DNA of 64,000 nt, from NCBI GenBank assembly GCA_024641705.1, contig JAHECO010000017.1:16168-80167 (forward strand), read 5' to 3'. A program made the translations under genes and the position numbers. Under the pieces are notes generated by a model. It was not told the origin of the DNA, searched no databases, and was given only the letters and a program-made list of their open reading frames with translations. The stretch comes from Candidatus Kryptoniota bacterium. Its GTDB lineage: Bacteria > Bacteroidota > Ignavibacteria > Kryptoniales > JAKASW01. Numbering within the stretch: position 1 is the first letter of the stretch; every line of letters begins with the position of its first letter. Shown in pieces: positions 40,028-50,136 of this stretch.

Positions 40028-40861
40028 ATGGCAGGTACATCGGATGGCTTCCGCATAGCGACGAACATCGGCGCTATGAACGCGTACAACGCGTTGAACA
40101 GCATCAACCAACAGCTCCAAACCGCACAGCTTCAGCTCGCGACCGGCAAGCGTATCAACAGCGCAGGGGACGACCCGGCCGGATACACAATCGGAACGAA
40201 GCTGCAAGCCCGTTCGGCCGGCCTCAGCCAGGCTCTCACGAACGTCGGTGACGCACAGAGCGTTCTTTCTACCGCAGAAGGCGGACTGCAGGCGATCAAC
40301 AACATACTGATCAACGTGAAGACGCTGGTCACTCAGGCTGGAAACGCCGGATTAGGCTCCGACGAACTTCAGGCGATCGTTACCCAGGTTAACGATTACA
40401 TGAGTGAAGTCCAGCAGACGATCTCCCAGACCAAGTTCAACGGTCAGTCTCTGCTCGACACCACATTCACAGGAAAGACGTTCCAGGTCGGTGCTGACAG
40501 CGGGGATACCCTGGCGGTCAGTATATCGACTGCCGTCGACTCTACCGCTCTGGGTCTCAATTCCTTGAGCACGACGAACATAGGCGCCGGCACAACGCTT
40601 ACCAGCGTCGATTCCGCGATCAACACCGTTTCACAGGTGTTGCAGTACGTCGGATCTCTTGAGTCTCGCCTGAGCTTCAAGGAGCAGGTGCTGAACACGT
40701 CGATCACGAACGTTGACGCGGCGACCAGCAGGATCATGGATGCCGATATTGCGAAAACGCAAGTGAACGCGACGAAGCTACAGATCCTGGAGCAAACCGC
40801 CACTGTGCAATTGGCACAGGCGAATTCCACCCCCGGCGGAATTCTGAGGCTGTTTCAGTAA
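40028..40861 (+). CDS. fliC: Flagellin (short, D0/D1 only)
   Basis: RIATNIGA, LATGKRINSAGDDPAG, FQVGA, SRIMDADIA, LAQAN. Confidence 0.96.
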   Translation: MAGTSDGFRIATNIGAMNAYNALNSINQQLQTAQLQLATGKRINSAGDDPAGYTIGTKLQARSAGLSQALTNVGDAQSVLSTAEGGLQAINNILINVKTLVTQAGNAGLGSDELQAIVTQVNDYMSEVQQTISQTKFNGQSLLDTTFTGKTFQVGADSGDTLAVSISTAVDSTALGLNSLSTTNIGAGTTLTSVDSAINTVSQVLQYVGSLESRLSFKEQVLNTSITNVDAATSRIMDADIAKTQVNATKLQILEQTATVQLAQANSTPGGILRLFQ

Positions 40862-40869
40862 TCAGTCTG

Positions 40870-40910
40870 AGAGAAGCACTCCGTCAAACAGGCGGAGTGC
40901 CCTCTCTCTC
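40870..40910 (+). terminator. Hairpin/terminator after flagellin
   Basis: GCACTCCGTC-AAACA-GGCGGAGTGC. Confidence 0.6.
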
Positions 40911-40931
40911 CTGTTAAACTGAGGTGAGCTA

Positions 40932-41255
40932 ATGGAAGCAATCGCATATAGACCCAAGAACGCGCTCGAAGGATACAAGAGCAACGAGATCATGAGCCTG
41001 ACCCCCGTGCAGGTGATCCTGAAGCTCTACGACTATGTCCTTGTGAACTGCAAGCGCCGCGATGCGGAGAAGGTCAACGCGGGCCTTACTCAGCTCATCG
41101 CAGCTCTGAATTTCGACCACAAGGAAATCGCCCTCGGGTTCTTCCGCCTGTACAGGTACTGCCAGGACAAGGCACGGAAGAACGACTTTGACGAAATCGC
41201 GGCGGTGATCGGGGAACTCCGTACCGCATGGGCACAGGCTTTCAAACTGTCTTAA
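40932..41255 (+). CDS. fliS: Flagellin chaperone FliS
   Basis: TPVQVILKLYD, LIAALNFD, LYRYC, ELRTAW. Confidence 0.88.
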   Translation: MEAIAYRPKNALEGYKSNEIMSLTPVQVILKLYDYVLVNCKRRDAEKVNAGLTQLIAALNFDHKEIALGFFRLYRYCQDKARKNDFDEIAAVIGELRTAWAQAFKLS

Positions 41256-41273
41256 TTGGAATAGGCCAAGAAA

Positions 41274-42749
41274 ATGTCATCTTCCGTCTCTTCTTTGTCC
41301 TCGGGCTCGTCCTCGTCGAGCGCCGTCGACGTGCTGGTCCAGCAGTACATCCAGTCTATCAGCACGCCCGTATACCAGATGCAGGCGCAGCAATCCACCC
41401 TCAACACGCAGGTGACATTTTACCAGGATTTTCAGAAGAAGCTGTCGGCCCTCCAGACACAGGCGAATAGTCTCGGACAGGTCGGTTCGCTGACCCCGCT
41501 CGCTGCGAAGACAGTTACTTCCTCGGACTCGACGATCGCGGGCGGAACGGCGGACAATACGGCGGTCTCGGGCACGCACACCCTCCTCGTCACGCAGCTG
41601 GCGAAGTACGACACGCTGGTTTCGAGTCAACTCTCGCAGAGCGGAACGGATATTTCGACCGCAAGCGGAGCGGGGACATTCACTTTCTCCGTTACCGTTG
41701 CCGGGACCACGACGAACCTCAATGTGGATGTCGGCGCCACCGACACAAACGCCACAGTCCTCGCGAACATGGCGGCGGCGGTGAATAATGCGGGACTCGG
41801 TGTCACTGCCTCCGTGGTGAATGACACGACTTCCACCGCCAGGCTCGTATTCACCAGCAAGGACAGCGGCTCGGCAAACGCCATAAGCGTTGCGGACGTA
41901 ACGGGCAATCTTGCGCAGGACGTCGGATGGACAAGCGGCCTGATCAGCGGAAGAACCGCCTCGTCGGGCACGACTGCCGGGTACGTCAACAGTTCCACCA
42001 GCTCGCTCGATGCAAATTTCACGCTGGACGGGATCCCGATCACCCGCGGATCGAATTCCATTACCGATGTTCTTACCGGCGTCACGCTGAATCTGACCGG
42101 CGCTCAGCAATCGGGCGCAAACCCTATAACGTTATCGATCGCCTCGGACACTAGTGCCGTCCAGAAGTCGATTCAGGGTTTCATAGATTCCTACAACACC
42201 GTAATCACCACACTCTCGAATAACCTGAAGACGGATTCGCAAACACAGGTGCGAGGACCGTTCGCCGGCGACGTCAGCTTTATGAACCTGCAGCTCTCTC
42301 TGCAAAACGTACTCATGGGAGAAGTGACGTCCGTTCAGAGCGGAAACCCGTCGGATCTTTACTCGATCGGGATAAAACTCAATACCGACGGGACTCTTTC
42401 CATCAGCAACCAGTCAAAGCTTACAAGCATACTCAGCTCCAACCCGACTGCCGTCGCCGACCTGTTCAATTCCTCGGACGGCGTTGCGGTGCAGCTAAAC
42501 ACGCTCGTGAGCCAGTACTCGAAGGCCGGCGGCGTGATGGATCAGAAAATCAGCGGGACCCAGGACCAGATAAGCTCGATGAACGACCAGATAACGACCA
42601 TGCAGTTGAGCATCAATATCCAGGCAGACGCAATGAGGCAGCAGTTCACGGCATACGAGTCGCTTCTCATTCAACTCACGCAGACGCAGTCCACGCTCAG
42701 CAGTATTTGGAGCGCCATGTACTCGTCGAGCTCAAGCACGGGCGGGTGA
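41274..42749 (+). CDS. fliD: Flagellar cap protein FliD
   Basis: VTQLAK, DANFTLDGIPITRGSNSITDVLTGVTLNL, FIDSYN, QFTAYE. Confidence 0.92.
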   Translation: MSSSVSSLSSGSSSSSAVDVLVQQYIQSISTPVYQMQAQQSTLNTQVTFYQDFQKKLSALQTQANSLGQVGSLTPLAAKTVTSSDSTIAGGTADNTAVSGTHTLLVTQLAKYDTLVSSQLSQSGTDISTASGAGTFTFSVTVAGTTTNLNVDVGATDTNATVLANMAAAVNNAGLGVTASVVNDTTSTARLVFTSKDSGSANAISVADVTGNLAQDVGWTSGLISGRTASSGTTAGYVNSSTSSLDANFTLDGIPITRGSNSITDVLTGVTLNLTGAQQSGANPITLSIASDTSAVQKSIQGFIDSYNTVITTLSNNLKTDSQTQVRGPFAGDVSFMNLQLSLQNVLMGEVTSVQSGNPSDLYSIGIKLNTDGTLSISNQSKLTSILSSNPTAVADLFNSSDGVAVQLNTLVSQYSKAGGVMDQKISGTQDQISSMNDQITTMQLSINIQADAMRQQFTAYESLLIQLTQTQSTLSSIWSAMYSSSSSTGG

Positions 42750-43222
42750 TGCACAAAATGTCGCTGCCCTCAGACAAAAATCCGGAGAAAGTTAACACGA
42801 CTGCCGAGCAGAGGGTACGCAAAATCTTCGGAGACCTTGAGCAGAACGCCTCCCTCCTCAAGACAGGTGTGAAAGAAGGAAATCTGGCGGAATTGGTGAA
42901 ACTTACGTCCGACAGGGTAGCTATTATCGAATCCTTGCGAGAATTTGCGGAAGCTAAAGTTTTCCCCGGAAATTCCGAGGTAAGAGAAGAAATGTATATT
43001 GTATTGAAAAACATCGAAAACGACGTTAATGAAGCGGCCGGCGGTATAAGAACCCGTCTGTCAGCATTGATGAAGGAATTGGGCAACATAAAAGGCGCGA
43101 GAAGAATTGCGGCCTATGCTGCCATGTCGCAGACACTGCGCCACGCGGTGCGGCATCCAGCTCATCCCATTTCTATGATTAGTGAGCGGGACAAGATACG
43201 GGGAGGAAACGATGGCTATTAA
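42749..43222 (+). CDS. FliT-like helical protein
   Basis: TGATG-coupled to fliD; helical; ...IAAY motif; position only, no strong motif. Confidence 0.55.
   Translation: MHKMSLPSDKNPEKVNTTAEQRVRKIFGDLEQNASLLKTGVKEGNLAELVKLTSDRVAIIESLREFAEAKVFPGNSEVREEMYIVLKNIENDVNEAAGGIRTRLSALMKELGNIKGARRIAAYAAMSQTLRHAVRHPAHPISMISERDKIRGGNDGY
43116..43191 (+). repeat. Repeat homologous to 52783..52855, inside the coding 3' end
   Basis: Shared GCGCCACGCGGTGCGGCATCC core, ending GAGCGGGA. Confidence 0.8.
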
Positions 43223-43496
43223 CCCTATTGATCCAGGTCTCAGCCTTGAAAATATGAAGGAAGTCAAGAAGAAAGTGAACAATTCATTAGACGGGACTTC
43301 TCCGGGAGAAGAAATTTCTGCAGGGAGTGTCAGCGATAAGGTTGAACTTTCGCCTGAGGCAAAGAGGCTGCATGACGCGCAGATCCAGGGGAAACTGGCC
43401 GAGATACGCGGCAGGATAGACAGTGGTTTCTACAACTCCGACGAAGTCCTAAATGCCGTAGCCGGTTCACTTGTCAAAGTAATCCTGACGAAGTAA
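43212..43496 (+). CDS. flgM: Anti-sigma28 factor FlgM-like
   Basis: DKVELSPEAK...KLAEIRGRIDSGFY. Confidence 0.78.
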   Translation: MAINPIDPGLSLENMKEVKKKVNNSLDGTSPGEEISAGSVSDKVELSPEAKRLHDAQIQGKLAEIRGRIDSGFYNSDEVLNAVAGSLVKVILTK

Positions 43497-43630
43497 GCCG
43501 CAGACCTTCTCTCCAATCGACCTACTTTGACCGAATAGGGGACGGGAGTTCCATGCCCGTCCGTTCTCAGTTTTGCCATCTCCGCGTTGACCCCTAGCCT
43601 GACTGCGCGACTATTTCGGGCCGGGAACCC

Positions 43631-43659
43631 TTGATTTTGGCTCCTTTCGTTGATAAAAT
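43631..43659 (+). promoter_or_regulatory. sigma70 promoter
   Basis: TTGATT-N17-TAAAAT with extended TG. Confidence 0.6.
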
Positions 43660-43680
43660 GTTTTGATTAAGTAGGAGAGA

Positions 43681-44673
43681 ATGAGGAGTCCGATAGGCGT
43701 TGTCTTGATATTGGGGAGTCTTGCGTTCATTCTGACAGGATGTGCTCCTGATCCACCGCATGACAACCCTCTTGATCCTAGTTCTCCGAATTACAGGAAC
43801 GAGGGAAGAGTCGCGGGAAAAGTCCTCGGTCTCAGCCTACCCTACGCCGGAGTCCCGGATGTACTCGTGACGATCCTGCAAAACGGCTCCGGCCAGCTGA
43901 CCGCCTCGGACGGGAGCTTCAGTTTTCCGGACGCACCTTCAGGGACCATCGCTCTCGTAGTCTCCAAATCGAATTACCTCGCCGATACACTCCGTTTGAA
44001 CCTGCCGGTTGGAGGGAACGTGGATACCGTCCTCCACATTGATGCCCTTCCACAGGTAAGCGGAGCACAGGTTGTCACTTCCAAAGTAGATCATTGGTAT
44101 CCTGGTGCCATTTATTCGGCGACCGTCACCGCCTCGGTGACAGACCCTGACGGAGAGCTCGACATAATAGACTCAACCGTGCAGGTTACCGTCGACTCGC
44201 TTTCTTTCCAGATGACCCGGACGACGGGGAGCAAATATCAGGTCATCATTGACGGTTCTCTGCTTCCAAACCAGGATCTGCAATGGCTGGTTGGAAAACA
44301 ATTTACGATCTCGGCGTCGGACCATGAGAAAGGGACGGGTACCAGTGAGCCGTTCTTTGTTTCGAGAATCATAGAACCTGAAGCGACTCCCACATCACCG
44401 ATCAATCTGCAGTTGACGGGTCCGTCGCCGGTGCTTGACTGGAATCCACCCGGCGTCAGTTATGACTACACCTACCAGCTGCAGATCGTCCACATAGATA
44501 CGAGCACCGGTATTCAAACCCTCGCGTGGTCGCAATCGGGGCTGAGTTCATCGTCCGGGTCGTTCGTTTATCCCGGATCACTCAGACCGGGCACTTATTT
44601 CTGGACGGTCACTGTAATCGACGATTACGGTAACAGCTCGACGTCGTGGGAAGCGTCATTCAAGGTACCATAG
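43681..44673 (+). CDS. Lipoprotein with carboxypeptidase-regulatory-like/Ig domains
   Basis: ILTGC lipobox, HDNPLDP, beta-rich domains. Confidence 0.8.
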   Translation: MRSPIGVVLILGSLAFILTGCAPDPPHDNPLDPSSPNYRNEGRVAGKVLGLSLPYAGVPDVLVTILQNGSGQLTASDGSFSFPDAPSGTIALVVSKSNYLADTLRLNLPVGGNVDTVLHIDALPQVSGAQVVTSKVDHWYPGAIYSATVTASVTDPDGELDIIDSTVQVTVDSLSFQMTRTTGSKYQVIIDGSLLPNQDLQWLVGKQFTISASDHEKGTGTSEPFFVSRIIEPEATPTSPINLQLTGPSPVLDWNPPGVSYDYTYQLQIVHIDTSTGIQTLAWSQSGLSSSSGSFVYPGSLRPGTYFWTVTVIDDYGNSSTSWEASFKVP

Positions 44674-44683
44674 AAAGAAGAAA

Positions 44684-46168
44684 ATGCCGGAACAACATAG
44701 AGATAATTTTACCGTTCTGTACGAGATCGCCCAGCGTATCAACTCGATCCTTGACGAACAGGAATTGCTGGAAGAGGTGCTCGAGACCGCCATGGCCCAT
44801 CTTGACGCCGAGAGGGGATATATCGTAATGGTGGACCCCGAAGACGAGCGGGGTTTCAATGTCGTCGTCTCGAAGAACTTCAGCACGCCGAAAGCGGCCG
44901 ACGAATCGGCGGCCTCATCATCGGTTATGAACAAAGTATTTAAATCGGGGGAGCCTGTCCTGACGTTCGATGCACTGAGCGACGAACGTTTCGAAGCGTC
45001 GCGCAGCATCGTGTCGCAGCGGATACTTTCCATCATCTGTGTGCCGCTCCGTCTTCAGGAAGAAACGATCGGCGCCATCTACCTCGACAGCACCAAATCG
45101 AGGGGGAAGTTTAACGAAGAGACTCTCAAATTCCTGGCGGTGTTCGGGAACCTCGCAGCCGTCGCGGTTGAGAACGCCAAGCGGTACAACCGTTTGAAGA
45201 ATGAGAATGCCAGGCTCCAGAGCGAGGTCAGCAGCACGAACCTTTTCCCCGGCATCATAGGAAAAAGCAAACAATGGAAAGCAGCTCTGGACCTGGTGCA
45301 GCGCGTCATCGATACCGACGTGTCGGTTTTGATAACCGGTGAGAGCGGGACCGGGAAGGAACTCATCGCCCGTGCGATACACAACCAGGGCAAGCGCAGG
45401 GATATGTCGTTCATGGCCATCAATTGCTCCGCCATCCCCGAGCCGCTTCTCGAGAGCGAGCTTTTCGGCTACAGAAAGGGCGCCTTCACGGGAGCCAATG
45501 CCGACAAGAAGGGCCTGATAGAATACACCGACGGCGGAACGCTCTTTCTCGACGAGATAGGCGACCTGCCGCAGTCACTGCAGGCGAAGCTGCTCAGAGT
45601 CTTGCAGGAAAGGGAAATCAGGAGGCTGGGTGATACGGAGAGCAGAAAGGTAAACGTAAGACTGATTTCCGCCACGAACAGGAACCTCCGCGAAGAGATA
45701 AATAACGGGAAGTTCAGGGAAGACTTGTACTTCCGGCTTAACATCGTGGAGATCCACCTCCCGGCCCTCCGCGAGCGCACGGACGATATACCGGTCCTGG
45801 CCAACCATTTCCTGAAGAAGGCATCCGAAACCCACGGCAGAAACGTGGGGAAGATATCCTCCGCTGCAATGTCCAGGCTTTTGAGACACTCCTGGTACGG
45901 AAACGTCAGGGAGCTCCAGAACGTCGTCGAGCGGGCAGTCGTGTTGTCGCGCGGAGAAGAACTTGCGGAGGAAGATCTGAAACTCGAACAGTATTCGGAG
46001 GAGGAGCTGGTGCAGACGGGACTCACCCTGGAAGAGTTCGAGAGGAAATTGGTCGAGAAGACTCTCGGCGAAACCGGAGGCAACAGGACCAGGACTGCCG
46101 AAAAGCTCGGCGTGTCGCTGCGATGGCTGCAATACAGGTTGAAGGAATGGGGCGGTGACTCAAGATAG
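44684..46168 (+). CDS. GAF-domain sigma54-dependent activator (Fis-type HTH)
   Basis: GESGTGKE, GAFTGA, LFLDEIG, FREDLYFRL, GNVRELQN. Confidence 0.95.
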   Translation: MPEQHRDNFTVLYEIAQRINSILDEQELLEEVLETAMAHLDAERGYIVMVDPEDERGFNVVVSKNFSTPKAADESAASSSVMNKVFKSGEPVLTFDALSDERFEASRSIVSQRILSIICVPLRLQEETIGAIYLDSTKSRGKFNEETLKFLAVFGNLAAVAVENAKRYNRLKNENARLQSEVSSTNLFPGIIGKSKQWKAALDLVQRVIDTDVSVLITGESGTGKELIARAIHNQGKRRDMSFMAINCSAIPEPLLESELFGYRKGAFTGANADKKGLIEYTDGGTLFLDEIGDLPQSLQAKLLRVLQEREIRRLGDTESRKVNVRLISATNRNLREEINNGKFREDLYFRLNIVEIHLPALRERTDDIPVLANHFLKKASETHGRNVGKISSAAMSRLLRHSWYGNVRELQNVVERAVVLSRGEELAEEDLKLEQYSEEELVQTGLTLEEFERKLVEKTLGETGGNRTRTAEKLGVSLRWLQYRLKEWGGDSR

Positions 46169-47750
46169 CTTCACGATACTGGAACTGATCAGCCAGAGCC
46201 CGACGACGAGCGTCTACAAGGCTCACCAGAATGTGCTGGGTAGGACCATACTTCTGAAGGTGCTGCACAAGCATTTGCTGCGCGACAAGGAACTCGTTGC
46301 TAGGTTCTCCCGGGAAGCTAAAGCCTGCGCCATCCTGAAATCCGAGAACATCGTTCAGGTATACGATCTTACGGAAGTGGACGGCGCCCCCGCTATCGTC
46401 ATGGAATATGTCGAAGGTAAATCTCTCGAAGACCTTCTTGAAGACCCGTCAGTGCGTTCCGAAGCGCTGCTTCGCAAAGTCGCTTCCTCCGTACTGAAGG
46501 CGCTGTCGTATGCTCACGACAGGGGCGTCACACACCGCGATATCAAACCGGGCAATATCCTGGTCTCAGAGGACGGGACTGTAAAGGTGACCGACTTCGG
46601 TCTCGCCGCGGTAACGGACGCGCCGTCGCTCACGATGGAGGGAAGTCTGATCGGAACTCCGGCTTATATGTCTCCGGAACAGGCGCGCGGAGAACCGGTC
46701 GACCAGAGGACTGACCTGTTCTCTCTCGGGGTGACGCTTGTGGAAGTCCTGACGGGCGACAAGATACTGGTAGGAAGGTCGTATGCGGAATGTCTGAACA
46801 AAATTCAGACTTTCAGTCTCGCCTCGATCGGTTATCTAGCTCCGCAGTGCTCTCCCCACGTGTTCGAGTTCATGAAGAAGATGCTTGCGCCGGACAAACA
46901 CGACAGGTTCGCCTTCGCCAGCGAAGCGTTGGCATTTCTGGAATCGGTCCCGTTCGTAGAGAAGCAAGAGACCCCGACAAATGGAGGGAGTGCCCGGAAG
47001 CGCGCGAGCCGGCTGCTCGCCGGCGCAGTTGGAGCCGTACTCCTTGTCGTGGTAGGACTCTCGTTCGTGTTCAGGCATCCTGCCCTGAAGACGGGAGGAG
47101 CAGCCACGGACTCGACGCTGGTGTCGAAGTCTCATCCGACGGAAGAGATAAAGAGCTCGTTGCCGCCGGAGCAGCAGGATCTGAAGCGGGGGGAACCCGG
47201 CAGAGAGAAAACGGCCGCGGCGAAATTGCCGGATACATCCCCGGTTCAGCAGCGAGACTCAACGGGGCCCGGTGCCGCGGGAGACAAAACGCTGGCGGTT
47301 GCATCCGCCGAATCCGACTCCGGCTACATTTCGGTCCAATGCACGCCGTGGGCAAAAATCTTCATCGATAACGAGTATGCCGGCACGACTCCGATCTCGG
47401 GATCTATCAAGATGCCGGCCGGGGAGCATACGGTGACATTCAACAATCCGAATTTCGCTCCCATCGTGAGACAGGTTACTGTCCAGCCGAAACTTCTTGC
47501 GAGCGTCTCGGCAAACTTTCTCGAGAGTTCCGGTTACGTTATCGTCAGCGTTGAACCGTGGGGGAATGTCTACGTCGACGACCAGTTCCGCGAGACCACC
47601 CCCTCCGTGCAACCGATCGTCGTCTCCGCGGGTACGCGAAAAATCAGGATACATAACCCGAACTTCCAGGATATCGTCAAGACGGTGACGGTGAATCCAG
47701 GCGATACATTGCGGCTGAATTTCAGCTTTTTAGATCAGGGCCGTAAGTGA
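46155..47750 (+). CDS. Membrane Hanks-type Ser/Thr kinase with PEGA-like domains
   Basis: HRDIKPGN, DFG, GTPAYMSPE, TM segment, two PW...G/ETTP repeats. Confidence 0.93.
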   Translation: MTQDSFTILELISQSPTTSVYKAHQNVLGRTILLKVLHKHLLRDKELVARFSREAKACAILKSENIVQVYDLTEVDGAPAIVMEYVEGKSLEDLLEDPSVRSEALLRKVASSVLKALSYAHDRGVTHRDIKPGNILVSEDGTVKVTDFGLAAVTDAPSLTMEGSLIGTPAYMSPEQARGEPVDQRTDLFSLGVTLVEVLTGDKILVGRSYAECLNKIQTFSLASIGYLAPQCSPHVFEFMKKMLAPDKHDRFAFASEALAFLESVPFVEKQETPTNGGSARKRASRLLAGAVGAVLLVVVGLSFVFRHPALKTGGAATDSTLVSKSHPTEEIKSSLPPEQQDLKRGEPGREKTAAAKLPDTSPVQQRDSTGPGAAGDKTLAVASAESDSGYISVQCTPWAKIFIDNEYAGTTPISGSIKMPAGEHTVTFNNPNFAPIVRQVTVQPKLLASVSANFLESSGYVIVSVEPWGNVYVDDQFRETTPSVQPIVVSAGTRKIRIHNPNFQDIVKTVTVNPGDTLRLNFSFLDQGRK

Positions 47751-47766
47751 CGGCATGATGATTGCA
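47751..47766 (+). promoter_or_regulatory. sigma54 -24/-12 promoter
   Basis: CGGCATG-ATGA-TTGCA (GG-N10-GC). Confidence 0.65.
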
Positions 47767-47785
47767 GAATATACTACAAGTGGCT

Positions 47786-49081
47786 ATGGTCTGGCATAAA
47801 AAGAAATATCGACTCAATCTGCTTATTGCGGCAATCCTATCCTCGGCTGCCATGCAAGCAACGGCAACTGCGGAGGTTACGGGTGTCCCGCCGATGCCTT
47901 ACCCGAGGGTAGGTATGTGTTCGGTCAAGATCGAAAGCAGAATATATTTCATAGGGGGTGCGCAGGGTCTGCGCGGTGGAAATATCGAGAATATGAGAGG
48001 GACGTCCACGGTTCAATCGTTCGACTTCGAATCGATGACCTGGGACACGAACATCGCCCCATTGGAGACCCCCCGTGTTTTCGCGTGCGCCGTGGTTCTC
48101 GACGATTCCATTTATGTCATGGGCGGTGTGGACAGTCTTGGGAATGTTCTGAACACGGTGGAAGTCTACGACCCCTCCTCGAATTCCTGGCATTACACAA
48201 CTCCTATGAAGCTTGCCCGGAAAGGTGCGGCGGCAACTGCGTTCGACGACTACATATTGGTATTCGGCGGAGGTGGCCAGACCGGTAGTCCGTATCATGA
48301 GGTGGAAGCCTACTCTGTAGAGAATGGGACGTGGAAGGTCACCTACCCGATGGCGCTTGCCAGAGCCTTTCACAGAGTCTTTAGAGTCAATAATTCCATC
48401 TATATCTTCGGCGGCAACAGCGGTACGCTTGGCCTGGTCAACATAATAGAGCGATATGTACCCACAATCGGTACGATCGAGATTGCGGTTACACTGAAAG
48501 CGCCGAGAATGCTTTTCGCCGTCGTCGAAAGAGAAGATTCCGTGTTCGTGATTTCAGGATTGGGTGGGACTGGAAGCCCGGACAGCCACATCGAGGTTCT
48601 CAATTTTAAGCAGGAGGGCGGGGAACAGGACACCGTCCTGCCGCAGATGTTGAGCTCGCCGAGAATTGGTTTCATAGCCGCGCTCGGCAATGACGGCCAT
48701 ATTTATCTGTTCGGAGGACTCTCGCCTGATTACAAGAACGGGCAGGTGGCCGTCCCTGACGTTGTCCCGCTGGATGGAGTCACTGCTGTCAGACAAATGT
48801 CGAATGGGATGCCGAGCGGATTCAAACTTGATCAGAATTATCCGAACCCGTTTAACCCTACTACGACAATACAATTCGATGTTCCGCCCCCCGGCGGTAA
48901 CGTAAGCCTGGTTGTCTACAACATGCTTGGCCAGAAGGTCAAGACGTTAACCAACGGGTACTTGAGTGCGGGGAGCTATTCGGTCTCTTTCGATGGTGTG
49001 AATATGCCGAGCGGAACTTATATTTACAGGTTGGAAACAGAAAACGGTAGTTCTTACAGGAAAATGGTCCTAATCAAGTAA
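47786..49081 (+). CDS. Kelch-repeat protein with T9SS CTD
   Basis: Repeated IYVMGG...VEVYD...W; QNYPNPFNP...KMVLIK. Confidence 0.9.
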   Translation: MVWHKKKYRLNLLIAAILSSAAMQATATAEVTGVPPMPYPRVGMCSVKIESRIYFIGGAQGLRGGNIENMRGTSTVQSFDFESMTWDTNIAPLETPRVFACAVVLDDSIYVMGGVDSLGNVLNTVEVYDPSSNSWHYTTPMKLARKGAAATAFDDYILVFGGGGQTGSPYHEVEAYSVENGTWKVTYPMALARAFHRVFRVNNSIYIFGGNSGTLGLVNIIERYVPTIGTIEIAVTLKAPRMLFAVVEREDSVFVISGLGGTGSPDSHIEVLNFKQEGGEQDTVLPQMLSSPRIGFIAALGNDGHIYLFGGLSPDYKNGQVAVPDVVPLDGVTAVRQMSNGMPSGFKLDQNYPNPFNPTTTIQFDVPPPGGNVSLVVYNMLGQKVKTLTNGYLSAGSYSVSFDGVNMPSGTYIYRLETENGSSYRKMVLIK

Positions 49082-49974
49082 TGTCGAATAGCGCTCGGCT
49101 ATCCCGCTGTGGTTCGTGTGCGAAATCGCGGATCGCTGCTACAGGACGTCCGTCAGGCCTATCCGTGTCCGATGAACATGTTGTGAATCGGGCAATCCCT
49201 CTACTACTCTTTACCCTGGTCGTTTTTTCCGCCCCTAATCTGTTTGCGCAGAGTGCTTCCGCGGCAGACTCGACTCTCGCGGCGATAAAGGGGATGTACG
49301 ACAGCGGTTCCTACATTTCCGCTGAGCTTCAGACAAGGCGCGTCCTTGAAGACAAGCGAGTGAACGATACGATGAGGGTCCAGCTTGAGAAGTATCTCGG
49401 TTTCGCACTCGTCGCGCAGGGCAAGAATGAATCGGCGGAAGAGCATTTCATAAATGCACTGCGGCTTGATTCAAGCCTGACGCTGGATCCTGTCTTGACT
49501 TCTCCGAAGATTCTAAGCGTTTTCGAAGCTGCAAAGGCGCAATATCAAGCTGAATTGTCGGCCGGGCAGTCGAAGACGCACGGAAGGCCGAAGGGACTCT
49601 CGACCGTTTCACGCGGCCCCAGTTTCAGGTCGGTCCTGTTTCCAGGCTGGGAACAACTCTACCGGGGAAAGAGGACGAAAGGATACATCCTCCTGGGTGT
49701 GGGAGCTGCCGCTGCGGTCACGGCGATTGTCTCCGATTTTCTTCGGCGGGATGCGAGGACAAACTATCTTAACGCCTCCACTCCAGCCCTGGCAGAAAGC
49801 CGTTACCACACTTACGACCTCTATTACAAAACCGAAGTCTACTCAATCTCCGCCTTCGTGCTTATCTACGCCTATTCGGAGCTGGATGCGTTTCTGGATC
49901 TCCCGCCTAATCTGGATGCCGCATATTCGCCGTCCACGCGTTCCCTGAGCCTCGGCCTCCATCTGAACTTCTAA
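49081..49974 (+). CDS. Hypothetical exported TPR-like/outer-membrane protein; start uncertain
   Basis: Signal peptide, SPKI, RSVLFPGWEQLY, C-terminal Phe. Confidence 0.7.
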   Translation: MSNSARLSRCGSCAKSRIAATGRPSGLSVSDEHVVNRAIPLLLFTLVVFSAPNLFAQSASAADSTLAAIKGMYDSGSYISAELQTRRVLEDKRVNDTMRVQLEKYLGFALVAQGKNESAEEHFINALRLDSSLTLDPVLTSPKILSVFEAAKAQYQAELSAGQSKTHGRPKGLSTVSRGPSFRSVLFPGWEQLYRGKRTKGYILLGVGAAAAVTAIVSDFLRRDARTNYLNASTPALAESRYHTYDLYYKTEVYSISAFVLIYAYSELDAFLDLPPNLDAAYSPSTRSLSLGLHLNF

Positions 49975-50005
49975 CCCTCCCGTTGTCAATGCTTCCTGCA
50001 TGCTC

Positions 50006-50107
50006 TGCATCAGGGATGCATTTCTTGCGCGCGTCGATATGACATCACGCAAAAGAAGTCCCCGTATCATCGTCAAACCGCAGATCTGTATTTGGCACAC
50101 CTGTTGA
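50006..50107 (+). promoter_or_regulatory. Variant sigma54 promoter with upstream palindrome
   Basis: TGGCAC-ACCTG-TTGA at 50093-50107 (GG-N10-GA); TGCATC-N3-GATGCA at 50006-50020. Confidence 0.45.
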
Positions 50108-50136
50108 ACCTCTCGGAGTAAAAACTGGAGGAAACT

